Shown in pieces: positions 1 to 12,566 of a stretch of 64,000 bases of DNA. Origin of the DNA: Phoronis australis (taxonomy: Eukaryota > Animalia > Phoronida); NCBI GenBank assembly GCA_002633005.1, contig NMRA01000387.1, positions 235,017 to 299,016 on the forward strand. Direction: 5' to 3'. A program made the translations under genes and the position numbers. The notes beneath the pieces were generated by a model. That model had not been told where the DNA came from. It saw only the letters and a list, made by a program, of their open reading frames with translations, and searched no databases. The number at the start of each line of letters is the position of its first letter. The first letter of the stretch is position 1.

Positions 1-409
1 GATTTACTCAATGATTTATTTGGCCGGTTCGACAAACTCTGTGTGGAGTGTGGTTGCGAGAAAATCAGCACTCTGGGTGACTGTTACTACTGCGTCTCTG
101 GTTGTCCTGAGGCACGTGATGACCATGCAGTGTGTTGTATTGAGATGGGTCTGGGAATGATCAAGGCGATTAAAGAGTTTGACGAGGACAATAATGAACA
201 AGTAAACATGAGAGTGGGTGTTCACACTGGCAAGGTGCTCTGTGGTATTGTGGGTACACGCCGGTTCAAGTTTGACGTTTTCTCCAATGATGTTGATCTA
301 GCCAATTATATGGAGTCATCTGGGAAGCCAGGTCGTGTGCACATCTCAGAGATGACCTATGAGTTTGTCAAGGACGAGTACGACGTTGAAAAGGGATCAG
401 AAGTTGACG
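1..409 (+). CDS. ADCY9: Adenylyl cyclase 9, exon encoding C1a catalytic domain (5'-truncated by window edge)
   Basis: Frame 1 is open from base 1: DLLNDLFGRFDKLC..CEKISTLGDCYYCVSGCPE..DHAVCCIEMGLGMIKAI..VNMRVGVHTG..RRFKFDV. The KISTLGDCYYC and CCIEMGLGMIKAI motifs are AC9-type. Phase-1 donor GACG|GTAGGT at 409/410 matches the phase of the next exon. Confidence 0.96.
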
Positions 410-1399
410 GTAGGTGAGCCACGCTGTAGTGGGCAGCGAGACTTGTGGTTAAACCCCTTATTGAAAAAGTATTTAATGGGTGAAATCCAAATTGTTAGGC
501 ATTTCAAGAAAGCATAGTTGGTTCTGATCTGTGTTCGACTGTGCAACTCATTTTGTGTCCTGTGCTCATCGACAAGAAATGAAAATGTCCGCCCGCATTA
601 TTTCTTGTCAAGATCTCGTGTTTTTGTCAAGGTCTTGTGTTTTTTTGAAGCTCCAGTCAAGCACATAAGCAAAGGCAACCAAGATTTGATTTGAAACTTG
701 GCACAATTTGCTAAGCGATGAGTAAAAGAAAAGGAAATCTGTTCTTGACCCAAGAAGATTTCTTTTTTGAAAAAATGAACAGTAACTGAAAACAAATACT
801 GCACGTCCATTTTCAAAACCAACTATGCTAATACAAAGCCTCTGATATGAGCCTTTGTATTGCCAAATTCAATTCATTCTGGATGTTATGTGTTATTCAT
901 ATCACACTGTAACATCCCAACTAACAAATTGTAATTTGATATCCAGTTACAATCCAAGAAAACCTTGGCATATGTGCGACCTTTCAACTACGTTGCATGG
1001 TGCGTAACTGAAATGCAATGATGATGGAAGTCAATCACCATTGTGAGCTATGATCCCTACTATGCTAAAGTTCTCTGATAGAACACACCATTGGAACATT
1101 CAGTATAAATTTAACTTGTTTGATTTTGACATTGGCTTACAAAAACCAGTCCAGCTCTGACTTGCCTGGTATCTCTAGTCTAGGGAAGTTTGATAATCAC
1201 ACAAAATTTCTTAGGAATCAAATTAATTCCAGCACTAATATTTATGTATTACATTTAAAGCAATTGTCTGATACAACGTGTCCTTATTTTGAGAACCAGT
1301 TTGATGCCTGTTATTCAGTGGAGAAAGCTGGTTCAGGCACGTTATATCAGGCCATTACCACATTTAAAGCTGCCTTTTGAAAATGAAAAAGGAGAATTT

Positions 1400-1510
1400 G
1401 GCTTATACTCTCATAAAATCGGTCTCATAATACTGGTTGTAAACAGCACTAGAATTGTATCATGTTAAGGGATGTTCCCAGACCGATTTTATGAGTCTGA
1501 GTAAAAAGCC
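1400..1510. repeat. Small inverted repeat (MITE remnant)
   Basis: CTCATAAAATCGGTCT ... AGACCGATTTTATGAG perfect 16-bp arms. Confidence 0.7.
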
Positions 1511-4500
1511 ATTCAATTTTTGGAACAGTGTGAAAAATGTCATGAATAAAATCTACTCTGTTATTCTAATTAAAACATTTTGAATTATCAGTGGCTATGG
1601 AATGAGTTATCCAAAGTGTTTAATGTTTTCCTTGTCCCCTCAGGTGTTAGTTATATTAGTTAGCTTCATAGCTTCACAGTTTCTCTATTGTACTTAAACA
1701 CTTCAGACAGGGTGGCAAAGTGCATAGGACTCCTTTGCATATTTCTGTGCTTGGCTTCCTATCGTCCAGGGTAACTTTATTATAATGATTCTGCTAATCA
1801 ATGTTCAATTTGAAGTTGCATCCATAAACAGCCTGCACAGATGTATTACATTCCAGGTACATAAGTTTTGGATTAAGGGGAGCATTTCTGCTGCACTCTT
1901 TTTTTCCGTTGGGCGCATTTAATTATAAAGCTCGATCATGTTATCAGCCAGCATAACATGTTTGTATTAAGTGTTTCTATTTGTCTAGACACTATTCTGC
2001 ATGGACTTGTGAACTTGCTTTTCATGGGGTTAGTTATTCATAATGCATTATGACTTGATGAAAATATATGAGATAACTATTTTATTTGGTAACGATAGCA
2101 TTAGTCGAGCAAATCAATTATTTACTGAAACACACCCATCGGAAAATTTCAGCCTGTGCTGAAGCTGCTTGGTAAATAAATTATAGGAATACGGTGAGAT
2201 GGTGAGATCGTAGTGATATCTATGCTCAGATTCAGCAGTTGAGGTGGTGAAGTGTGAAGGTCAAGGCTTCCCAGATAAACTGCAAAAGCCCTGTTTGAAT
2301 TGTGGTTGAGATTTTATATCGTGTTCAGCATTAACGAAAATGAGCACAATTCACCATAAGTGTTCTTACGAAGATTAAATTTGAAGGTTCTGGGAATGAT
2401 GGAACACTGTCAATCGCAGTGTTGTGCTAAGCTCAAAGGGGAGATCATTCTGCGTGTGTTTGGTTAAAAATTGTGAATAATTAGATAATGGGTGGTTTTA
2501 GTTTTGACAAAAATGGTAAGATTGAGACTGCGGTATGCACCAGGTACTTATCTAGGATATGAAAACTAGGGGTCCAAATTTGCAAGATTGACACTTGCCA
2601 TATGCAGGGATTAAATATGTGGTCACCCTGACGTTATGGGACAGGGAGGTGTTGCCCTGAAAGACATAGCAGCCTGCACTTGCCCATTATCAATGTGTCA
2701 TGGTAAAAATAGGCGGTAATAATCTGTGGTCTCGATTACCGTATATGTGAATATTTACCAAACTAATACAACAAATTGTAGATTTATCTAAAATTATTGG
2801 TCAGAAGTGTTAAAATTCTTTATTTAGCCATCGTTTTTCCCGAGGGTCTCTCGAAACAGCCTTTCGTTTTCTCTTGGATGTGCTGTCCAATCCGTTATTT
2901 TTTTTAAAACTTGCCCTCCCCATGTTGGCCAGGATGACAGCTAGATGATTGAAGGCTGTGACAGTAGTGACTCAACACTTTACATGTTCAAACTGCTTGA
3001 AAGCACTGTGTAGTCTTGAGTGATACCACAATGCTCAAAAAGACAGGTGAAAACACTAGCCAAGTAATTTCTGCAACAATGTGACATTTTGCAATATTAT
3101 CTAATATACATTTCTCTCTCTTGATTTCATGATTGTTCAGACGTTATTTTACAGGCTATCTTCACGTGTAAAATAACAGCAAATTTATTTCCTTCGTAAT
3201 GGCAAACCGCTCAGGCTAGATAGATTTCCTATGTCTGTCCTTAGTACACAACAGTTGCTCAGGGAAGTCCTTCTAACTGCTGTTCCCTCCTAGTTAATGA
3301 AAACAAATAATGGTTTGTTTGTGTTCAAAGGTTATTGAAATGGTCCAATAATTTTTCATTTTGCCTGTCTCTCCTGGGAACAGGCTGTGTGGTTTGTTGT
3401 TTCATGGATTGAGAATGCTAAACATAGATCTATGCTAGTTTATTTAGAAGGCCAATTCTTCTGTTACTATCTTGTTGATGTTCATTTGTCTTCCTCTTGA
3501 ATTGATGTTTATTTACTCAAAGTGGGATCAAATTATCTTAAAATTCTGCAACATTTAAAGCTTCATTTCACTCTGCTAAACTTGCTGAAAACTTAAGTCG
3601 AATTAGGCTTTTTATACGAAATCTATCTATGTAAAATACCTTACTGTGGTAGATTCTATTTTCGTAACCAACTCAGTTTTCAATGTTCTTGTTGGTAACG
3701 GAAATATATTTGTATCATTAGTAGTGAATAATTTGAGACCAATTATATAGGAGTGAAAGTCTTAATTTGATTTTGGTTCTCTGCCAGCTAAATGATGAAA
3801 TACACCTTCAATTTTTTGTCTAATTGCACAAAGCACTCCTGTGTAATGGAGACTACTAGCCTTCAAAAGCTTACCGTAATTTTTCAGACTTTTTAAAATA
3901 ATTGTGAGAGTTGTCACGTTTCTTCTGTCAACCTACTGAATACTGAAATAGAGCTTAGCATTTTCCATGGTGTTATTTTTTGACACCTGTGTCAAGCATT
4001 TGCAAATCTAACGATAATAGTGAAGTTGAATTTCCATTTGTTTCTGTTGAAAAATAGGACCGCAATCTCCAACATTTTCACTTTTAAACTTCTTCGTTCT
4101 GTTGTGGGTTGTTTATATTTAGCACAATATGGCAGAAACATGGAATTTTATTTTATGAAATTTCTCGTCAAAAATGAAGTTTGTTTTGTTAAGTTCTAAA
4201 AATGTTCCGAATTCAGCAAACTTCAAAATATTGCGTCTCAGAAATGGCTGATCAGCTTCAACTAAAGCTTTCAAGTACTGTTCTTCAAAATGCTCTTAGG
4301 AGCCGTTTTTTGAAATGATCCACATTTGCAAGAGATGTTGTCAACAGATGTGACTTAAATGTTTTTATGAAAAAATCAAAGAAAAACAGGATGATAGTTT
4401 AGAAAACCAATCAAGGTTTCACACTCCATCTTGCACATTTATATCAAATGAAATTTAGTCATATCATTGATGTCATTTTCCTATGAATTTACCCTTTTTT

Positions 4501-5834
4501 TACTAAATTTTACTAAAAAAACATAAGTCACATGACCCAATCAATTGCTGTAAAATTAAAAATCAAATTCTGCAGACTTTCTACCTTCAGATCGTTTAAA
4601 ATAAGATAAAATAGATATTTTGTTGAATACACAGACTAGTAGATATGGGCCTTCATAACCTTAAAATTTTGCTTAGAATGTATTGTCATTGCTTGTGCTC
4701 TGCTTAAAACAACACTGTCATTATAGGCAGCCTTTTTAAAAAGTTGAAATATGTGAATCTCGGCAATTTATGTTGTGTTAAATTATTGAAGAATTGGTAC
4801 AAATCCACTGGTCTTGATTAAGTGCTGTAGTGTAATCCAAATGAGTACCGTAGATAAAATTCAACTTCTCTTATATAACAATGTGTCCTAAATATATAAA
4901 GAATTTCATTATTACCAGACTGCGGAGACATCTAGGAGATTATTAAAAGTTGTTTTATGACTTGTACAGTACAAAAATGCTTAGAGCCAGGTTAAAAAAC
5001 ATTTTTTTTGAATATGACAAAATAAAGGTGTACTCTTCTGAGACAGTAAGTGAGATTTTCACGAAACTCCTTTGAACAGTGTTTGTATGTAGTGTCGGGA
5101 AGTCCTAGTTGGTGTTTCAGATTTCTTGTAAATGTGGTTGGAGTACCTTCCTGGTGTTAGTTGAATAACTTGCAGCTCTCTCTGTGGATTGTCTTGTTAA
5201 TAGAAAAGCTGCAGGTAATTAAGCATATTGTTCATCTGGAGTGGTACCTGTTTAATTGAATTACCATATGTGTCAGGTTAATGTCATCCATGTTATAATT
5301 GAAGTTCTGCACAAATCTGCATTAACGGTGTTATATTTCAGGTCTTGATTTGGAAAAATGATATGTTATACCGGTAATATTAACTTCAGGTACAGGAAGA
5401 TAATTATTTTATGATCTACTTTCGTATGTTTTAGAAGTTTTTTTGAAATGAGTGGAGACTCTGAGTGATCCAACTTTGTTTTTTTTGTGATTGTAACTGT
5501 TAGTACTCATGGAACTATGTGATAATCATAAGTGTGATTTTTAAAAAGACTGCGACTCTTCCAAGATGTGTCAAAAGTTGTGAAAGAATATGACGAAAAT
5601 TGGTCGCCTGTTTGGTCAGTGTATGCCTGTAACAGACGAAGACTCTCCCTGTTGAAAATTTGCAAAATATTTGAGTCGAGAAAATCTAGTGTGACTAATT
5701 CCCCTCAATCAAAAAATTTTCATCTCAGAAAGCACTGGCATCTTTTTCTCAGATAGGCGAGAGTTCTACCCCATCCATTTATTTTGGGCCTCCCATCATG
5801 GACATTGTTGTTTGGTCTGACATTGTTGATTTAA

Positions 5835-6258
5835 GCTGTGTTTACATGAGGTGCACTTGACAGGGAGCAGTTGAAATGGGACAGCTGATCAGGCGCAAGT
5901 ATGTGTAGAAACGCAAATGGTACGGAGCAAATTGATCCCACGGTGGCCATTTTTGTCACCGGTTTGGGAGGTGGATAAAGTTGCACTAGATCAGTTGCTC
6001 CAGTGTTAACTACATGTCTGAACACAAACTGGGGCAAGGCGGAAAGGATAATCTTTAAATTGCTTTCATGCAATAGCATTGTTTTGGACATTCGCCATTG
6101 TTAATCTGAACATGCGCAGACTGTCATCATGTAATTGACTTCAGTGCTGATCAAGCTGGTCAAGTTCGCGATGATAAAATCATGTAATGTGTCTGAAGTG
6201 GAATAACTCATGCTGTGTCAACTTGTGCCGTGTCAAGTGTTCCTCGTGTTAAAACTAG
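5835..6258. mobile_element. Degenerate Harbinger-like MITE, family copy 1
   Basis: Starts GCTGTGTTTACATG after TTAA. Core ATGTCTGAACACAAACTGGGGCAAGGCGGAAAGGAT is the approximate reverse complement of 21086-21125. Boundaries approximate. Confidence 0.55.
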
Positions 6259-7356
6259 TATAGTCCATCTTCGTTGCAGCAGCCCCAAGCCGCACAGGCA
6301 TTTTTCAACATCCTATCAATCAGAATGCTCGAATGTTACCTTCAATCCATCCCAATTGTTTGTTCTGTGAAACCACTGTGAAGCTGAGTCATCATCCATT
6401 GACAATCCTGCTTCTCTTAGGAAGTGTATGCTGTGTATTGGTGTTTATAATGGTACCATATTAACATCACCTAACTGTTAAGTTCACTCACCATGAATCT
6501 CATCAGTAGTCATTTAATTAATGCAACTAAGTTGGCAAGCTATGAATTTTTTACTCATAATATCTGCGTTGCTTTAAAATAATCATTTTTTGTGAAGCTC
6601 CAGTTTGCAATATTCATGCAACTGTTAAATAGTATGGTGATAATTGATATATTAATTGTTTAATTTGATACTAATGATGGTCAGCAGTTTTAGCTTATAA
6701 CTTAATTTGTTGTTTTATATTTGATAACTTGATGCTTGAAAAACTCGCCGTGACAACAGATCTTTTATGAGTTTTGTCTGAATTCATCTAGCTTTGTAGA
6801 AGTTGTGATCAAATCTCGAAGGAAACCAGATTGAAAATAGTAAATCCTTTCAAAATTATGCAGAATTTTTCGGTTTGGAATTTCAGCGAGTTTTGACAAG
6901 AAAAAGAACCAATGTTTTTAAAAACTACTATCGTACACCAGTGGAACAAGAATAAGTGGCGATATAAAAGAGTATGTGACAGATATTTGGAAAACATTAA
7001 TATCTATGTGTATGAGTGAAACATTTCTATTATTTGCCAGACATGGTTCTTGTTGTTTGAAATGAACCACCAATATATGTCACTTAAGAATACAATTCTG
7101 ATAGCAATTTCGTGATAAGGTCAATTATTTTTAAAGGGATGAGTGTGGCTCATTGGCATAAAGATAGGTTTTTCTAAGACAGAACTGTAGGTATGTTTTG
7201 TATTTGAAATAGTTTATTTACTTGTATCAATTTCCAATCGATTTGATGTTGAGATCTGATGAATTTTAATAGTTTTTGTGTATTTCTGACACCTGAAGTG
7301 GAATCTATTGGAGAAACGAGAATTTAATGTCACTTTTGATTAAATTCATTCCTATG

Positions 7357-9305
7357 CAGGGATATATCTAGGTTTCAAAACCCCGCTCGCCAGCTGGGCG
7401 AGTGAGCCAGAAAATCTACTCGCCCAGCCTGAAATTCAGTCGCGCAGCCCTTTGCGTCACATCATCGTTTTGTGCGTTGATGTCATCATCTATTAGGGCT
7501 AGTATCGTTTTTAGAAAATAAATTCCTACCAAGAAAACTTTTGACGTTGATGAATTCCCAGCAACGCAAGATGCAGGCCTTTATCCAGGATTTCGAAAAT
7601 AGGGTGTCCAAAATGGGGTTCCCAATATTCCAGGGCATCCATGATTCAGACGCATAATCCCCCACCCCCAGCAATCCCCCCAAACACACAGATTTTTTAC
7701 AAAACAGCCTTCTGTAGTGAGCATTTTTACTAAAAAAACTGTGTAGACCAAGACTTTCCAATGCTATCAACCACTGTGAGCATAGCAACATTGTATATAC
7801 TTTGTATATACATTGTATATTTCTTCCTGCTTTGAAAAAAGAGCCACTACTGTGAGTCTTCATAGGCTTCCTAGTAATCATTACAATGTGTGTGTCCAAA
7901 CTTGAAAGATTCCTATTGATAGTGGGCGTCCAAATGATACATTGGGCATCCATATTAGTGCTAGGGCCTCCATGTGGACCCCAAGACCTAGGCTGCATAA
8001 AGGCCTGGCAAGAGGTTGCCTTGGCGCAAAGCTACATGCGATGTAGTAATATAGGCTACAGCTACAGCGCCAATGTGACTGACCAGATAAAATCTGACAC
8101 AAAAGTAGTTTTATTACACTGCACTCTTTCGCACTCCTGACACCAAAATGGAAGCGCCCAACCAAAAGCAACAGCACAAGAAATTAACTTGTCATTAAGC
8201 GCAAGTCAAACATTCTGTCCACATCCACCTGGTCAAAAACTTGTTCTTTGAACTTTTGATTTGCCTGGTGACTTTACATGATTTGTGTTTGCTTCATTAG
8301 TTTGGCAGCCCACCGAGCACCCCTACGCATAATAGTAATATGTCCGATTATTGAGTGCGTGCTTTGAACAAGTGCAGGTTTTAGGTTTGAAATAAAAAAG
8401 AAATATACAATGTATATAAAGTGTTACATTGTTCAAACTAAGTTCAAAGTATTCAGTTCGAAAATCTGTCAATCATTAGCAGGTGTTTGGTTGCCTAGGT
8501 GTCCATGGGGAGCAAATCTTTATAAAATCAAGTGCTACCCTTAAAAATACACCACGAAATAGCGGAATCTTGCTTGATCTGTCTTTTCTGTCAAGGAACT
8601 TACTCTACTGAACGCACGTCTACGTGTATGAATACTGTAGTTCTAAGAAATGACGAAAAGCCACCGAGGTACATAAAAACCCAATTACGCTCGGTATCAC
8701 AACGCCAATGTATTGTACACTACAGGCCATCGGAAGTCCATTATTTCAATCCCCCAACCTATCTTTTAACTGATATGCTTGAAGTCCGACATCAGTGTAG
8801 CTCTGTCAGGGTAAACTCGGTCCTGCGTGCAGTATGAAACAACGCAATTCTTTTCAAAAATTTCGATTTTAACTGCCCAGCCCGTTTTTTAGATTCCCAA
8901 TTTTACTTACACACACATGGAGCACATGGACTGGTCTTCCACCTTTCCCCCCTTTTTCTTCGATTCGGACTAGTCCACAAATTCCTTTGTGCGCGACCAA
9001 CCACTGTGATCTCATGTCTAGACGCATCGGGTAAGGGGTGACATCTACTGAATCGGTAAGAGCGCACTGCGCCGATGTTTTTTACTGCTGGAGCATTGAC
9101 ACGCTGACCAAACTGAACCTTTGTTTTCATGATAAAAACAGCACAAGGAGGAGAAAATTTATTCATGTTCATCTGGGAAACGATAGAGTGCTTTTGCGCT
9201 CTGAAAATTCGCTCGCCACCTGGGCAAAGGGAAAGACAATTTCTACTCGCCCAGCACCATTTTTACTCGCATTAGCGACTGTGCGAGTGGCTAAGTATAT
9301 CCCTG
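7357..9305. mobile_element. Non-autonomous hAT-like DNA transposon with 5-bp TSD (hAT5-like)
   Basis: TIRs CAGGGATATATCTAG / CTAAGTATATCCCTG; exact flanking duplication CTATG (7352-7356, 9306-9310); subterminal CTACTCGCCCAGC motifs near both ends. The right end recurs at ~11274 in the artefactual duplicate. Confidence 0.85.
7574..8007. mobile_element. hAT MITE with 8-bp TSD nested inside the 7357-9305 element
   Basis: TIRs CAGGCCTTTATCCAG / CTGCATAAAGGCCTG; flanks GCAAGATG and GCAAGAGG (7/8 match). Confidence 0.8.
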
Positions 9306-12300
9306 CTATGTAAATGTGGTACGTATTTTTATGCGCCTACATATTTACATGTGGGTGCTTTAATTGCCTTCATCTCTGTCTGGGCGTCCGGGTGTCTTCG
9401 GCTGTATTTACAAAATCCCGTGCAGGGTCTTATTGAAATTTGCCGGGTTTGTTCATGTGCGGCTGACAACAGACGACAGCAAGTTTCGAACTGATCCGCT
9501 TGCCTTTGCACCTTAGGTGTTCCTTGACGGTTTTTCATGAAATTCGGCATTAGGTTTTAATACGGAGGCGAAGATGCCATTCCATTTTTGTGCAGATTCA
9601 ACGCTGCCTTTGTGGCCTTTTTTGTCATTTTTGCTTCCGTTTTCTGACGTTTGCTGCTGTCTGTTCTCTGGCGTCCACCTCCCTTTCTGCCACACCGCTT
9701 GACGGGTCATTACGATAATTTAAAGGTGTTTTCCTGAAGGTCACGACTAAAGTTGACTTTCTGACGGGTCCGACTACTGAGTTAACCCGTAGTGGTGATT
9801 TTGTTTTTTTTTGCTTCAGGCCGAATCTCCATAACCTTTTGAAAGAGCTTTGTGAAATTTAAAAGATGCCTTCCTAAGGAGCCAATGGCAAATGGTAACA
9901 AATGTCGAACTAATCCAAATACCACTGTGTCCCCAAGTGGCAAAATGTTTTTTACGTTTACCTCTGTATCTTTGGAGTTCTTGAATGTATTTTCATGAAA
10001 TTTGGCAAATCGGTTTCTATTAAGGAGATGACAACACCTTTACATTTTCAGACAGGTTTGATGTTTTTTGTGCTACCTGGTGGCCATTAAAAAACTCGTA
10101 AGTATTTAACGTCTGCCTCTCTATCTGCCAAACCATTCAAAGGAAGATACCAATAAAAATTGATGATTGTGTTCCTAATGCAAAGACCCTGGCTGACATG
10201 ATTTTTGGAGGTTTTTGACTATTCTGGCACCCCTTCCAGGCACTTATGCTTTTTTTGGCATCTACGGCTGTATCTCCCTAACCTTTTGGAGGATCTGCGA
10301 AATTTGGCAGATGGGCTTTTATCGAGATGGCAACAGATGGCGATGAGTTTCAGACCTATCTAACTATAGCTGTGCCCCCTTGTGGCAATTGTTTTTACTT
10401 GGCGAAATAAATTTCGCCAAGTATGTTGCTCTTCCACTAAGTTTGTTTTTTTTTTTTTNGGTTGCCTAGGTGTCCATGGGGAGCAAATCTTTATAAAATC
10501 AAGTGCTACCCTTAAAAATACACCACGAAATAGCGGAATCTTGCTTGATCTGTCTTTTCTGTCAAGGAACTTACTCTACTGAATGCACGTCTACGTGTAT
10601 GAATTCTGTAGTTCTAAGAAATGACGAAAAGCCACCGAGGTACATAAAAACCCAATTATGCTCGGTATCACGACGCCAATGTATTGTACACTACAGGCCA
10701 TCGGAAGTCCATTACTTCAATCCCCCAACCTATCTTTTAACTGATATGCTTGAAGTCCGACGTCAGTGTAGCTCTGTCAGGGTAAACTCGGTCCTCCGTG
10801 CAGTAAGAAACAACTCAATACTTTTCAAAAATTTCGATTTTAACTGCCCAGCCCGTTTTTTAGATTCCCAATTTTACTTACACACACATGGAGCACATGG
10901 ACCGGTCTTCCACCTTTCCCCCCTTTTTCTTCGATTCGGACTAGTCCACAAATTCCTTTGTGCGCGACCAACCACTGTGATCTCATGTCTAGACGAATCG
11001 GGTAAGGGGTGACATCTACTGAAGCGGTAAGAGCGCACTGCGCCGATGTTTTTTACTGCTGGAGCATTGACACGCTGACCAAACTGAACCTTTTTTTCAT
11101 GATAAAAACAGCCCAAGGAGGAGAAAATTTATTCATGTTCATCTGGGAAACGATAGAGTCTTTTGCGCTCTGAAAATTCGCTCGCCACCTGGGCAAAGGG
11201 AAAGACAATTTCTACTCGCCCAGCACCATTTTTACTCGCATTAGCGACTGTGCGAGTGGCTAAGTATATCCCTGCTATGTAAATGTGGTACGTATTTTTA
11301 TGCACCTACATATTTACATGTGGGTGCTTTAATTGCCTTCATCTCTGTCTGGGCGTCCGGGTGTCTACGGCTGTATTTACAAAATCCCGTGCAGGGTCTT
11401 ATTGAAATTTGCTGGGTTTGTTCATGTGCGGCTGACGACAGACGACAGCAAGTTTCGAACTGATCCGCTTGCCTTTGCACCTTAGGTGTTCCTTGACGGT
11501 GTTTCATGAAATTCGGCATTAGGTTTTAATACGGAGGCGAAGATGCCATTCCATTTTTGTGCAGATTCAACGCTGCCTTTGTGGCCTTTTTTGTCATTTT
11601 TGCTTCCGTTTTCTGGCGTTCGCTGCTGTCTGTTCTCTGGCGTCCACCTCCCTATCTGCCACACCGCTTGACGGGTCATTACGATAATTTAAAGGTGTGT
11701 TCTTGAAGGTCACGACTAAAGTTGACTTTCGGACGGGTCCGACTACTGCGTTATCCCGTAGTGGTGATTTTGTTTTTTTTTTGCTTCAGGCCGAATCTCC
11801 AAAACCTTTTGAAACAGCTTTGTGAAATTTAAAAGATGCGTTCCTATGGAGCCAATGGCAAATGGTAACAAATGTCGAACTAATCCAAATACCACTGTGT
11901 CCCCTAGTGGCAAAATGTTTTTTACGTTTACCTCTGTATCTTTGGAGTTCTTGAATGTATTTTTATGAAATTTGGCAAATCGGTTTCTATTAAGGAGATG
12001 ACAACACCTTTACATTTTCAGACAGGTTTGTTGTTTTTTGTGCTACCTGGTGGCCATTAAAAAACTTGTAAGTATTTAACGTCTGCCTCTCCATCTGCCA
12101 AACCCTTCAAAGGAAGATACCAATAAAAATTAATGATTGTGTTCCTAATGCAAAGACCCTGGCTGACATGATTTTTGGAGGTTTTTGACTATTCTGGCAC
12201 CCCTTCCAGGCACTTATGCTTTTTTGGCATTTGCGGCTGTATCTCCTTAACCTTTTGGAGGATCTGCGAAATTTGGCAGATGGGCTTTTATCGAGATGAC

Positions 12301-12370
12301 AACAGATGGCGATGAGTTTCAGACCTATCTAACTATAGCTGTGCCCCCTTGTGGCAATTGTTTTTTTTAC
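8489..12370. repeat. Apparent tandem duplication 8489-10398 / 10460-~12370, joined at N10459 (likely assembly artefact)
   Basis: Near-identical ~1.9-kb copies; the second starts immediately after a single N. Confidence 0.9.
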
Positions 12371-12450
12371 ATTTTCCTTGGCCTATTTTCATGAAATTTG
12401 GCAAGTAATTGCTTAAGACACAACATTCTCAATTTGGATGTGTTTGATGC
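9320..12450. mobile_element. Helentron/HINE(DINE-1)-like degenerate element with internal subrepeats (present twice because of the 8489/10460 duplication)
   Basis: Recurrent TGTATCT...ATTTTCATGAAATTTGGCA subrepeats; short hairpin CTACTG..CCGTAGT followed by a T-run near 9775-9812; basic K/R-rich degenerate frame on the minus strand at 9560-9705. Boundaries approximate. Confidence 0.4.
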
Positions 12451-12566
12451 ATTGTGTGCTAATGGTCATTTTTATTATACAAAAACACCCATAGAAGCAC
12501 ACGTTTGCTTTGCTATCATGGGCGCATTTCAACGCTTCCATTGCTCTTGTTATTGTATGTTTGATG

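Noticed and set aside
43-417. ORF-track 124-aa protein starting at GTG 43
   Set aside because: It is an internal exon: the frame is open from base 1 and ends at a splice donor; the start and stop are artefacts of unspliced ORF calling.
410-419. Alternative donor TAG|GTGAGC at 413/414
   Set aside because: It gives phase 2, which does not fit the downstream phase-1 exons; use would cause a frameshift. It cannot be excluded as a minor non-productive site.
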